A stretch of 64,000 bases of DNA from contig JBHLOC010000026.1 in the NCBI GenBank assembly GCA_048940925.1, positions 9,569-73,568 on the forward strand. Reading direction: 5' to 3'. The DNA is from Promethearchaeota archaeon (GTDB taxonomy: Archaea; Asgardarchaeota; Lokiarchaeia; Sigyniarchaeales; SOKP01). Each line of letters starts with the position of its first letter. The first letter of the stretch is position 1. The notes under the pieces are model-generated. The model was not told where the DNA came from. It saw only the letters and a list, made by a program, of their open reading frames with translations, and made no database searches. Positions 9,488-19,825 of the stretch are shown piece after piece. Both the position numbers and the translations under genes were made by a program.

Positions 9488-11773
9488 TTAATTATGTTTT
9501 GGTAATAATAAAACAAAATTACTGCCTTTAGTATAATCTCCCTTAATTCTATCCTCAACCCAAACTTTTCCGTTGAAAATACTAAGTATTTTACTAACCA
9601 ATGAAAGTCCTAGTCCCATTCCTTTTGATCCTTTAAGTTCTCTGTTACCCGGTTTAAATATAATCTCTTTTCTGTCATTATGTATTCCTATCCCATTATC
9701 AATAAATTCAATTTTTAAATATTTTATTTCATTGAATTTTTGATGACTTATTTTGACCAGAATATCAACTTTAGAGTGTTCATTATATTTTATTCCATTA
9801 ATCAGAATATTTTCGAATACATCTTGGAGTAGTTCATTAGCTTTAACTATAATCTTTTTATCTATGGAATCAACTAAAATATTTACTTCTCTGTTAGTGT
9901 ATGCTTTCTTAACATATTCTATTGATTTTTTTAATAAATCATATACAATAGTATTTTCTGTTGAGATTTCTTTTTCTTCTAGGTCAGAGAGTGTCCTAAC
10001 ATTGGATACTAGTTTTGATCCTCGTTCTACTTGTTTTTTTATGATGTCTGATACACTTTTTATATCTTTAGATTTATCAGATTCACCAAGATGAAACGAA
10101 ATCAGTTCTGCTGAGGAATTTACTACCTGAAGAATATTATTTATATCATGAGCAAAAAGATCTTTATAGAAATTTGCTCGATCAAAAGCTTCCTTATACT
10201 TTTTTTCTGATAATTTTAATGCTTCTTCAGCGATCTTACGATCAGTAATATCTAATACAATCCCTTGAAAATGAGTAATATTTCCTTCTGAATCTCTTCT
10301 TATCCAGGTTCTATCATCTATCCATCTGGCATCTCCGTGTTTAGCTAAAATTCGATATTCTTGTTCAAATTCCTCAATATCTTCATTACTATAAATCTCA
10401 ACTTCTTGTGCAACCCTCTTTAAATCATCAGGATGGATAATTTCGCTATATATTACATTTCCAGAATAGAAATCTTCTGGAGTATATCCAAAATGAGATA
10501 TATTTTCAGATACAAACTCAACTGGCCAACCTTCTGAATTTTTCCATAGAAATACCACGCCAGGACTATTATTTACAATATATTCTAATTCTCTTAATCT
10601 TTTATATGAATTTTCAAGTTCTTTTTGGGCTAGTTTTCTATCATTTATATCTAATACCATAGAACGAGATTCAATAACCTTTCCAGTTTCATCAAACATT
10701 GGTTTTACCGTTAAACTTACCCAGATTAAGTCCCCCTTTTTGGTTTTCATTTGGAGTTCTTCATCTTTTATATTCTCACCCTTGAGAAATCGCTGAAATA
10801 AATCTTTCGCTTTTTTTAATCCATGTTTTGTTTCAGCATATAAATCAAAGACAATCATATTTAACAATTCCTCTTTTGTATAGCCTAAGAGTCTTTCTGC
10901 TGCTTTGTTGGTTCGTATAATTAATTTATTTGTATCTATTGAGAAGTAAGCATTAGGAGCTTCTTCATATAGATCTCTGAAAATAAGTTCAGAATCTTTT
11001 AGTTGTCTTTGTGCCTGCTTTTGTTCAGTTATATCAAGAATTGTAACAAAATCTGCAGGTTTTCCTTTATAATCAATAGATTTTGAGAAGACCTCTAAAA
11101 AAATTATTTCAGCATCCTTTCGAATTCCTCTAAATTGGTATTGATTTGTAGCATCTAGGTTACCTGCTTGTTTTTTTTTAGCTTGCTTAGCAACCATTAT
11201 TCTATCTTGAGGATGAATAACATTAAGAAAACCTCCTTTTCCCCACTTCATAATTTCTTCGATAGTATAACCAAAAATACTTGCAAGTTTATCATTTACA
11301 TACTTTATATAATCATCTTGTAAAATCGCAATCCCAAGAAAGGATTGTTCCGTCAACAATCTAAATTTCTCTTCAGATTCTTTGACTTTCTTCCTAGCTA
11401 TTTCACGTGTTGTTATATCTCTTACAATTGTAATAATTTGATGGACTTTTCCATCCTTAATAATTGGAGTTTTTTGTATTTCAGCAATTATATTTTGATT
11501 TGATATAGAGATAGTTTCTGATTTAATCAAAGATTTTCCTTCTTTTTGAACATATTTATACTCCTCAATGACTTTTTCTGATAAGAAAGTAAAAGCTTTG
11601 AAAAGCGATTGACCTAGTAACGTATTACTAAGACCAAGCTCCGTTAACCATTTTTTCATAGCTTTATTTATTAAGATTAATTCAAAGTCATTATTTATTA
11701 CATGCAGCGGATCATCTAAATTGTCTATTACACTTTCATATAATTCGTGATTTATTTTCTCAAAAGCACACAT
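9488..11773 (-). CDS. cytoplasmic multi-PAS sensor histidine kinase
   Basis: four PAS/PAC repeats (DIT motifs), H-box FAHDINNILQ, N-box ENILINGIKY, DNGIGI, GMGLGL. Confidence 0.93.
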   Translation of the reverse strand: MCAFEKINHELYESVIDNLDDPLHVINNDFELILINKAMKKWLTELGLSNTLLGQSLFKAFTFLSEKVIEEYKYVQKEGKSLIKSETISISNQNIIAEIQKTPIIKDGKVHQIITIVRDITTREIARKKVKESEEKFRLLTEQSFLGIAILQDDYIKYVNDKLASIFGYTIEEIMKWGKGGFLNVIHPQDRIMVAKQAKKKQAGNLDATNQYQFRGIRKDAEIIFLEVFSKSIDYKGKPADFVTILDITEQKQAQRQLKDSELIFRDLYEEAPNAYFSIDTNKLIIRTNKAAERLLGYTKEELLNMIVFDLYAETKHGLKKAKDLFQRFLKGENIKDEELQMKTKKGDLIWVSLTVKPMFDETGKVIESRSMVLDINDRKLAQKELENSYKRLRELEYIVNNSPGVVFLWKNSEGWPVEFVSENISHFGYTPEDFYSGNVIYSEIIHPDDLKRVAQEVEIYSNEDIEEFEQEYRILAKHGDARWIDDRTWIRRDSEGNITHFQGIVLDITDRKIAEEALKLSEKKYKEAFDRANFYKDLFAHDINNILQVVNSSAELISFHLGESDKSKDIKSVSDIIKKQVERGSKLVSNVRTLSDLEEKEISTENTIVYDLLKKSIEYVKKAYTNREVNILVDSIDKKIIVKANELLQDVFENILINGIKYNEHSKVDILVKISHQKFNEIKYLKIEFIDNGIGIHNDRKEIIFKPGNRELKGSKGMGLGLSLVSKILSIFNGKVWVEDRIKGDYTKGSNFVLLLPKHN

Positions 11774-12087
11774 TATTAAAGATATTCCCCAAAATTTAAT
11801 ATTTTTAAAAGAATTACAAAAATATCTAATTTATTTGATAATATCACAACCTTAATTTTATGTTTCCTTTAATATTTTATAAAATAGACTTAATTTTTTG
11901 TAATGCCAAAACGTACAAACGTTCTATCTACATGTTTTATATTAGATTTCATATTTAAGCTTTTTTTAAAGCTTAGGTCTTTATTTAATTTTTAATTATT
12001 ATCAGTATTTGGTATAAACTCAATTAACTTGAGTTATATTATATAAAAAAAGAATATAAAAAAAAGAGATTTAGTTTTTAAGGAGAT

Positions 12088-12342
12088 TCAGCCACCGCCT
12101 ATAGGGGGGAAGACTGCTATAACATCACCATCATTAAGAATAGTCTCTTGATTTTTATGTGGCTTTCCATTAACCAGAATTATTGCTCTTCGGTTATCTC
12201 TTGGAATATTATATTTTTCGAATAGCAACTTAACTTTACTCTTTTCGGGGATTTTGATAATTTCATTGTCGGGTCCAAATTCCCTTAATGTTGCGAAAAA
12301 CTTTACTGTAACCGAAATTTCATTATTAGACATCTTCATCAC
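12088..12342 (-). CDS. moaD: MoaD/ThiS sulfur-carrier protein
   Basis: VKFFATLRE...ILVNG...DGD-x-IAVFPPIGGG; downstream of AOR. Confidence 0.9.
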   Translation of the reverse strand: MMKMSNNEISVTVKFFATLREFGPDNEIIKIPEKSKVKLLFEKYNIPRDNRRAIILVNGKPHKNQETILNDGDVIAVFPPIGGG

Positions 12343-12610
12343 GATTAAAATACCACTTATATAATAACGCCATATTTCGTGGAAAAAGAGCTATGGTGTC
12401 TTTATTTTTTACTTTTTTCATTAATCCAGCATATATTCCATTCACAATTATATGGCTAACCTCATTCTCCTTAATGTTTAACCTCTTCAGAATATCAACT
12501 ATATATGTTATTTCTGAATTATCAATATCAAACTTTAATGAAGTGGTACCTATAATTTGTGGTTTAATTTTCTTCCTTAAATCTCCAAATATTTTCAAGT
12601 GTATTGGCAT
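12326..12610 (-). CDS. MoaD-like ubiquitin-fold protein lacking C-terminal GG
   Basis: LKIFGDLR...IIVNG...D-x-IALFP, but ends RNMALLYKWYFNRDEDV. Confidence 0.75.
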   Translation of the reverse strand: MPIHLKIFGDLRKKIKPQIIGTTSLKFDIDNSEITYIVDILKRLNIKENEVSHIIVNGIYAGLMKKVKNKDTIALFPRNMALLYKWYFNRDEDV

Positions 12611-12630
12611 TTTTCTTAATAACCTATTTC

Positions 12631-14370
12631 CTAGAAAACACTATCTAAATCATCATTTGAAACGTCAAAGACCGTATTATGTGGTGGGAGTTTTTCTTCA
12701 AGAATGAATTCAGGAAGTCTATCATGCATGGACGTAAATCCTGCTTTTTTATTAAAATCTAGTTCTGTATCAATAATTGATTTTCCAAATGGTCCTACAT
12801 CATCAACAGTTAGATTTGTTCCTAAAACACCATTTAAAGATTCAACGACACCTTCTAATCCTTCAGGAATATCGAGTACTGCAAAAGCAATAAAAAGACA
12901 ATACCCCGTGGAATCAACAGCAGCTGTGGCTAATTGTAAATTACGAGACACTTCTGCTTTTTTTGGATCCAGTGGATCTAGTTGACCGCCTACGCCTAAA
13001 ACTTCTGGAGCAATAGCATAACCAGCAGTATGGTCAGCACCCATTGGTGTTGTTGCATATGTTACACCTATTCCTTTAATTGCCCTTGGGTCATAAGCAG
13101 GAAATCCTTGACCTTTAACTGTCGGTATCCTTGTAACACCTAACACCTTGCCGGTAATTTCTGTCCCATTAGCTAAAATCTTTCCAGTTGGTGTTTTCTT
13201 GCGTATTTCTTCCATGAGTTTTAAAGCTGTTTTTCCATCTCCAAAATCGGCTAACCCTCCTTCCATTGCTACTGCTAATGTATCTCCCGCTTCTATTGTG
13301 TCACATCCTAGATCATTACAAGCACGGTTTAACTCACCAATTTCATCTAAATTATAGATTCCACAATTTGGACCAAGCGACCAAACACTTTCATATTCAA
13401 GGACACCAACTGGATCTTTACCACCTGGCTTTACCCAAACTTCTGAACATTGTATAATACAACCAGGATTACAAAAGTGTGGTCTTTGACCACCTCTCTT
13501 TTTAATTATGTCTGCCTTTGCTTCACCAGACATTTGTTCCACTCGATCATCTTGACCAGCAGAAAAATTTCTCTGAGGGAGACCGCCTATCTCATTTATT
13601 ATATTGACTAATACACTTGTACCATAAGAGTTAAGTGCACCTCCTGGTTTTGTAACATCATGAGTTGTTAGAGCATCTCTTAATTTTTTAATACCTGCCT
13701 TAAATACTTCTTGATTCGCAATTTCTACTCCTGGAGCACCTGTTTCGTCAACTACTATAAATTTTAAGCCTTTCGATGCCATTACAGCACCTAGACCACC
13801 TCTTCCAGCATATCTACTGGGTAATCCTTCAGGATCATTAAAACAAACTCCTGACATAGATCCAAGGACTTCAGCAGCTATTCCAACTCCGCATATTCCT
13901 ATTTTCTCACCAAATTGTTTGAAAAGATCTTTATAAGTATCATATAATCCTTTTCCCACCCATTTTTTAGCATCAATAAATTCTGCACCATCATTTGTTA
14001 CTTTTAATAGATAATAATCATCCCCTTTATGTTTACCCTCTACGATTATTACACCGATTCGCATTCTTGCTAGCATTTGTGAAAAAGGAGTTCCTGCATT
14101 AGCCTCCTTTATACCACCAGTTAAGGGTGATTTTCCACCAACAGAAATTCTTCCGCTGGAGGGTGCTGCAGTTCCCGTAACAATCCCTGGGGCTAATACG
14201 AGTTTATTATGAATCCCCAATGGATCACAAGTCGGAGGTACTTCTTTAGCAACAATGGTAGAAGTCATGCCGCGTCCGCCTAGTGTTTTATATTCATCCG
14301 GTAAATCTTCGAATTTGGCTTCCAGATTAGTCATATTTACTCTTAATATTCTTTTCGGTATATTTATCAC
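12631..14370 (-). CDS. aor: aldehyde:ferredoxin oxidoreductase (tungsten AOR family)
   Basis: KSPLTGGIKEANAG, AGRGGLGAVMASK, C-x2-GC-x3-C, EYES, YDPR, GADH, DSTGYCLF; true start probably ATA at 14361. Confidence 0.95.
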   Translation of the reverse strand: MINIPKRILRVNMTNLEAKFEDLPDEYKTLGGRGMTSTIVAKEVPPTCDPLGIHNKLVLAPGIVTGTAAPSSGRISVGGKSPLTGGIKEANAGTPFSQMLARMRIGVIIVEGKHKGDDYYLLKVTNDGAEFIDAKKWVGKGLYDTYKDLFKQFGEKIGICGVGIAAEVLGSMSGVCFNDPEGLPSRYAGRGGLGAVMASKGLKFIVVDETGAPGVEIANQEVFKAGIKKLRDALTTHDVTKPGGALNSYGTSVLVNIINEIGGLPQRNFSAGQDDRVEQMSGEAKADIIKKRGGQRPHFCNPGCIIQCSEVWVKPGGKDPVGVLEYESVWSLGPNCGIYNLDEIGELNRACNDLGCDTIEAGDTLAVAMEGGLADFGDGKTALKLMEEIRKKTPTGKILANGTEITGKVLGVTRIPTVKGQGFPAYDPRAIKGIGVTYATTPMGADHTAGYAIAPEVLGVGGQLDPLDPKKAEVSRNLQLATAAVDSTGYCLFIAFAVLDIPEGLEGVVESLNGVLGTNLTVDDVGPFGKSIIDTELDFNKKAGFTSMHDRLPEFILEEKLPPHNTVFDVSNDDLDSVF

Positions 14371-14486
14371 CTCTATATGTATAGCATTATATAATTGTGA
14401 TTCTATTTTATTTATAGCTTATTATTATTATTCAAAACAACGATATGTTCTTGTAAACCAAACGTAAAAAATCATAAGTGAAAATT

Positions 14487-16451
14487 CTACAAGATCTTTA
14501 AATTTTCCTTAAAAATTGGTATATTAAGATAACTTGCATAATTTTGAGTATGGTAAATTTTTTGATTTGCAACTTTATATTCCCCCGATTTACCTTCTCC
14601 TCCCAAATTAGAATTAATATCAAATCTTGGAAAGTTGCTTGAAGTTATTTCTATTCTAATTCGATGTCCTATTCTAAAATAATTTGATGTATTTCCTAAA
14701 TTAATTTCAAATTTATAAGTCTTATTTGGATCTAAAAGCTTTGGAGTTTCTTCACCATGTCTATAGCGTGCTCTAATTCCTGCATCTAGAATATTAATAG
14801 CTTTTCCTCGAGGATATACATCAACTAGTTTCACCATAAAATCAGTATCTATTGCTGATGAGGAAGCATATAGTATCATACTTACAGGACCAGTTACTTC
14901 AACCCCTTTTTCTAAGGGATCTGTTGAATATATAAGAACATCATTTCTTTTTTCTGCATCTCTTTGATTTCGAGCTCCCATCAATATTCCTAAATTACGA
15001 CCTCCTCTCGTGATCACAGGATTTAAAGGATCAAAAGCGTAATTATCTTCAGGTTCTTCATCTGGTTGCTTAAAGTTTAATATCCCATCTCCTTTTATAC
15101 TATTTGCGGTCCATTGGGAATGAATAAATAATTTTTTATACTCAATATTTTTTGGTGGCCAACTCTCTGTATACCTCCATATATTTTTTCCCATTACCCA
15201 ATATTTAATAGATGGATTATTTATATCGGGAAAAGCTTTCTTATTATCCATTAGCCAATAGCGGTTCCAATTTAGGTTTACAATTTCTCTATAAAATCTT
15301 TGCATTCCAGCATTACGAAACATGCTTTCAGGACGACCAGGTGCTCCATGAGCCCAACTTCCTATTATCATTTTTGAAAACTTTCCAGATTTTCCAATGG
15401 CCTTAGCTTTGATTTCTAAAAAGTCTTTTAATTGCTTTTCAAAGAACATATCATACCATCCAGCGAGCATAAAAGCAGGTTGAGAAAACCTCTGCGTATC
15501 CATTTCTAAGAATCCAGGCATCTTTTTAGTATCTTTTTCTAAGCCACGTGTTATTAAAAAATCATTTAGAAATTTAAAGTAGGTATTAAAGTTTCGTTTA
15601 GTAGGTTTAAAATTTTCAACTTTATAATAAGCGACTAATAGATCTTGTACTTCTTTTATAGTTTTTCCTTTTAATTGAGATAATTTAATTCGAGCTTTTT
15701 TATTTATAGGATCATTATATAGTGCATACTTGGGATTTAAGTATCTCTCCTTCATTAAATCTGTTAATGTATCTACCTCAGGAGCATCGTAATGAGACAC
15801 TATGTTTACCATTATTCTATAAATAGAAGTAGTTAAGGCATGTATCTGTAGGCCTCCATTATCTTTCCATAAATTTCTAGTCGAAGTAACAGCAGGAATA
15901 ATACATGTTAATAAATCATTATCCCAAGATAACGCAAGTTGTGTAATTCCAAAATAACTACCCCCAGTCATTCCAATTTTGCCATTATACCAGTACTGTT
16001 TGGATATCCATTCAAGCGTCTCTAATCCATCTTCTCTTTCAGTGAATAAGTAATAATTAAATCCATCAGAATGCCCTGTACCCCTTATATCCTGTATACA
16101 ACATATAAAACCATAGGAAGCATATGCATATCCTAAAATACTCAAACTTTCTTTCCAATATGGTAAACGTACTAGCATTGTAGGGCACTTTCTTTTTTTC
16201 TTAAATACTTCCTTGGGGACATACACATCAGTCGCTAATCGTGTTCCATCCTTTAATTTTAACATATATTCAGGATATCTTTTTATCCCATGCTTAGGGA
16301 TTCCAGATCGTAATAATATTGCTATAATCTTTACAAATGGCACTTTACCATGTTTCATAAAAAAAGATGAAATTTTTTTGATAAATTTAGGAAATTTTGG
16401 CTTAACTGCGACCTTTAAATAAGAAAAGTCAGTCACATAATTTTCTTTCAT
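14487..16451 (-). CDS. CocE/NonD family alpha/beta hydrolase
   Basis: DGTRLATDVY, QDIRGTG-x-SDG, GGSYFG nucleophile elbow, GWYD, W-x-HG, SSNFPRFD. Confidence 0.93.
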   Translation of the reverse strand: MKENYVTDFSYLKVAVKPKFPKFIKKISSFFMKHGKVPFVKIIAILLRSGIPKHGIKRYPEYMLKLKDGTRLATDVYVPKEVFKKKRKCPTMLVRLPYWKESLSILGYAYASYGFICCIQDIRGTGHSDGFNYYLFTEREDGLETLEWISKQYWYNGKIGMTGGSYFGITQLALSWDNDLLTCIIPAVTSTRNLWKDNGGLQIHALTTSIYRIMVNIVSHYDAPEVDTLTDLMKERYLNPKYALYNDPINKKARIKLSQLKGKTIKEVQDLLVAYYKVENFKPTKRNFNTYFKFLNDFLITRGLEKDTKKMPGFLEMDTQRFSQPAFMLAGWYDMFFEKQLKDFLEIKAKAIGKSGKFSKMIIGSWAHGAPGRPESMFRNAGMQRFYREIVNLNWNRYWLMDNKKAFPDINNPSIKYWVMGKNIWRYTESWPPKNIEYKKLFIHSQWTANSIKGDGILNFKQPDEEPEDNYAFDPLNPVITRGGRNLGILMGARNQRDAEKRNDVLIYSTDPLEKGVEVTGPVSMILYASSSAIDTDFMVKLVDVYPRGKAINILDAGIRARYRHGEETPKLLDPNKTYKFEINLGNTSNYFRIGHRIRIEITSSNFPRFDINSNLGGEGKSGEYKVANQKIYHTQNYASYLNIPIFKENLKIL

Positions 16452-16497
16452 TAAATTGATAAAATAAGAATGACTTAAAAAGTTTTAAAATAATGAG

Positions 16498-16605
16498 TGG
16501 CAGGCTCGGGGGGATATATTCAAAAAACGCGATTTGCATATCTTTTTGAACCCCCGGTCTTCAGCTTAGGAGGCTGCCGCCTTATCCAAACTAGGCCACG
16601 AGCCT
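16498..16605 (-). tRNA. tRNA-Arg(CCU) with a 30-nt intron in the T-loop (position 58/59; plus-strand 16516-16545) and encoded CCA
   Basis: acceptor AGGCTCG/CGAGCCT, D stem GCCT/AGGC, anticodon loop CTCCTAA, T stem GGGGG/CCCCC; removing the intron restores TTCAAAT; a bulge-helix-bulge can form. Confidence 0.93.
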
Positions 16606-16688
16606 AAGTTCACTTCTTTTTTCAATAATCCAATGAAAGTATATTATAATAAAAGGTTGAATTAAATATATATATAAAATGTTTGGAA

Positions 16689-16853
16689 TTATAGATTGAG
16701 TTTACTTCTAATGTAGGCTACACCACAAATTCGGCAAAAATATTTATCGTTAATTAACATAGCTTTTTCTATCGGAATCTCCTCTTGACAGTTCATGACA
16801 CAGCAAATTACTATTTTTTGCGTTCCCTCTTCCTCTTTAGACATTCTATTCAT
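16689..16853 (-). CDS. small zinc-finger protein (54 aa, not in ORF track)
   Basis: MNRMSKEEEGTQKIVICCVMNCQEEIPIEKAMLINDKYFCRICGVAYIRSKLNL; C-x4-C...CxxC. Confidence 0.75.
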   Translation of the reverse strand: MNRMSKEEEGTQKIVICCVMNCQEEIPIEKAMLINDKYFCRICGVAYIRSKLNL

Positions 16854-16986
16854 CGAATTTACTGTAAGTTTTTATGTATAGAACTATAAAAATAACAAAC
16901 CAAATCAAAAGGTTTTAATTTATTTTTAGTTAATCACAATTATAATAGTTTTTTTTATAATAATTGTTTTTTCGAGTTTTTGTATA

Positions 16987-17256
16987 ATGTCGCGTGATAG
17001 TTATTCCAGATCAAATCGCCCTATAGATTATTTAAAGGATTCTATTGACAAAATAATTCTCATAAAAGTTAAGCGCAATAGACTCTTCCGGGCAATGCTA
17101 CTTGGCTTTGATGAGCATCTGAACGTCTATGTCAAAGATGCTCAGCAAATATTTGAATATCAAGATGAAGATGGTAATATTCGAGAGGAACATGAAGATC
17201 TTGGAGAAATTGTAATACGTGGTGATAATATTATATTTATAAATCTTGCAGATTAA
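16987..17256 (+). CDS. Sm-like (SmAP/LSm) RNA-binding protein
   Basis: RPIDYL, Sm1 LLGFDEHLNV, Sm2 IRGDNII. Confidence 0.95.
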   Translation: MSRDSYSRSNRPIDYLKDSIDKIILIKVKRNRLFRAMLLGFDEHLNVYVKDAQQIFEYQDEDGNIREEHEDLGEIVIRGDNIIFINLAD

Positions 17257-17565
17257 CCAATCCATCAAATTAATTGAATGTGAGCTTGTTTAACATATTT
17301 CCATCTACTATAGTCTATAATTAGAATTATTGAAAATTATAGTGATATGAGGAAGATTACTTAATAAATTATAAAATAAAATTTGAAATGATGAATTTCA
17401 TTAACTGAATTTAATTCTTACGCAAGATAATCTTAGTTAAAAATATCAAAAAATTTATTTTTTTAATTTCAATCATCTTTCTTGTTATTTTTAAAATAGA
17501 ATTCCCCAAAAATATAATTTTAAGTCAAGATAATCTAAAATAATTGAACGAGAGTTTTTAAAAAA

Positions 17566-19632
17566 TTGAACAATAAAGAGATTAAAGAAAGGCAGGAAGC
17601 TGTAATTATTAATCCTAATTTAGGGCGTCCAATATTTATAAATATTGATCCTAAATTAAAGACTAAAAAGTTTCAAACTGAGATATTATTTATTAGTAAT
17701 ATAAAGGATCCAAAAGAATTTGAAAAAAATGTTAAGGGAAAAATAAAATTAGTTCCGATCCTCGATTATCGATGGAAATTTAGAAAACTTTTCCAAATAA
17801 AGGGTAAAAAAGAAGAAGTTAAGAAAAAAGGGTTTTGGGGCAGACGAAAAAAAAGAAAATTAATAACAAAAGCGGCAAGTAAAGGTGAAAAAGACTATGA
17901 TTTTAAAGTAGAGGATATTGATTATAAATTGAAAAAGTTGAAAGTCCATTCCTATAGAGGAGACGCATTGTCTTCTTCGGTTTTAAATATTGCGGAAATG
18001 TCTACAGTTTCAATGACAAATCTACAATTCATAGAAACTATGACTCCTCAGGATTACTTACTAAAATATGGAAATTTTGGCAATCTTAATAAATTCTATA
18101 AAACCTCTATTGAAGTTGCTCTAAGTAAAGAGATAAGGAAATTTCTGAAGACGAGAAATTTCGTAATGTTTGATATTGTTTATTCAAAAATTAATATTAA
18201 TTATCACTCTATAGTTGTATCTAAACAAGAATGGAATAATTTTTCATTTGTGCATGCTACTGATTTACATTTAGCAGAAAGAAATGATAGAATTTATGGA
18301 ATTGTAAAAAATTGGACTGCATCTTCAATAAAAAAGAATGTTGATGAATTCATAAACATCTTCCGTAAGAAATTAAAAATTAAGAAAATGAAGGAAGATC
18401 AAAAAGAATCATTAACAGAACTTGAAATTCCTCTGAGAAAACGTCTAATAAATCCGAATAACCAATTTCGAAAGTTCATCAAAATAATGAATAGAAGAGT
18501 GCTTAAAAACGACATTGATTTTATTGTAATAACTGGAGATCTTGTAGATTTTACAGTTTTGAGTCGATTATCTAAAAAAGTCCGAAAAATTGGTCAATTT
18601 GAATATAATGAAAGTAATTGGAAAATCTTTAAACAAATAGTTCTCAATTCTAAGGATGAAAAACACTATAAGGGAGTAATTAAAGGTGAAGAGTTGCTCT
18701 GTCCTATACTTACAATAGTAGGAAATCATGATTTTCGACCTTATCATTATGATATTACATGGGCCGAAATGTATAAGAAAATAGGATTAAATGCTGCTGA
18801 AGCTGTAGCATTAAATGAGCTCTTTTCAGCATCACCCATCACCGCACTTGTAAAAACATCAATGGCACTTAAAGGGTATTTATCGGAAATTAATCCTTCT
18901 TTGGATTTTTCCTTATTCCTCGGAAATAATAACTTTATTTTTTTAAATACTGGTTCAGATTCTTTTAAAAATTTTAAAGATTTAATCATGGGTCATCCCT
19001 CTGTAACTGGATTATTAAATAAACAAATTTTATTCTTAGAAAATCTCATAAATCATAAAATTAAAGAGGGTACCAATACATTTCTCTTTTTACATGGTCC
19101 TCCAATAAATACTGGTGAAAAAAAAATAAAAATAAAATTATTTGAAAAAAAAGGAAGTAGAATAATTAAGAATAAAGTAGAAGATTTTAAAGAGTCAATA
19201 TTAAAAAAACTAGGTAAAATAGCTTCAAAAGCTCGAATAGATGGCTCATTCAATGTCAAATATGGAACAGTGTCATCAAATTGGGAAAAACTTATTGAAT
19301 TTTGTAAAGATCATTGCTTGCTTACACTCGCAGGACATACTCACACTCTAAGAGAATATAGATTGGAAGATCCAGAGACTAAAACTAAAGTATATGCAGC
19401 TCTTCCTTTCAGTTTAAAAAAAATTGAAAATCCAGCAGCAGTATTCTTTGATGATTATTCAGAAATTTTAACCGACGCTGAAACAATCCAAACTAAAAGC
19501 CCATTTGTGGTTCAAACCCCTGCATTAGGACTTGGAGGATATAGAAATCCTGAAACTGCTGGTGCATATAGAGAAGTATTTCTTAAAGATGGGAAATTAA
19601 CTTCTTTTAAAGTTAGATATATACATCGTTAA
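17566..19632 (+). CDS. calcineurin-like metallophosphoesterase with large insertions
   Basis: TDLHL, TGDLVD, GNHD, LHGP, GHTH motifs. Confidence 0.85.
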   Translation: MNNKEIKERQEAVIINPNLGRPIFINIDPKLKTKKFQTEILFISNIKDPKEFEKNVKGKIKLVPILDYRWKFRKLFQIKGKKEEVKKKGFWGRRKKRKLITKAASKGEKDYDFKVEDIDYKLKKLKVHSYRGDALSSSVLNIAEMSTVSMTNLQFIETMTPQDYLLKYGNFGNLNKFYKTSIEVALSKEIRKFLKTRNFVMFDIVYSKININYHSIVVSKQEWNNFSFVHATDLHLAERNDRIYGIVKNWTASSIKKNVDEFINIFRKKLKIKKMKEDQKESLTELEIPLRKRLINPNNQFRKFIKIMNRRVLKNDIDFIVITGDLVDFTVLSRLSKKVRKIGQFEYNESNWKIFKQIVLNSKDEKHYKGVIKGEELLCPILTIVGNHDFRPYHYDITWAEMYKKIGLNAAEAVALNELFSASPITALVKTSMALKGYLSEINPSLDFSLFLGNNNFIFLNTGSDSFKNFKDLIMGHPSVTGLLNKQILFLENLINHKIKEGTNTFLFLHGPPINTGEKKIKIKLFEKKGSRIIKNKVEDFKESILKKLGKIASKARIDGSFNVKYGTVSSNWEKLIEFCKDHCLLTLAGHTHTLREYRLEDPETKTKVYAALPFSLKKIENPAAVFFDDYSEILTDAETIQTKSPFVVQTPALGLGGYRNPETAGAYREVFLKDGKLTSFKVRYIHR

Positions 19633-19825
19633 TTGGTGAATGTAGTCATTGCTTTTTTCACTTGAACCCTAATTTCCAAAGATACTATTCATATTAGTTG
19701 ATATTAGCATTGATAAAAGGACTAAGCATTAAATAAAAATCTTAGAAAAAAAAAAGTAGAAAAGAAAATAACAAATTATAACTAAATAAGCATAAAATAT
19801 AACCAAACTTAAATTTATTATTTCA

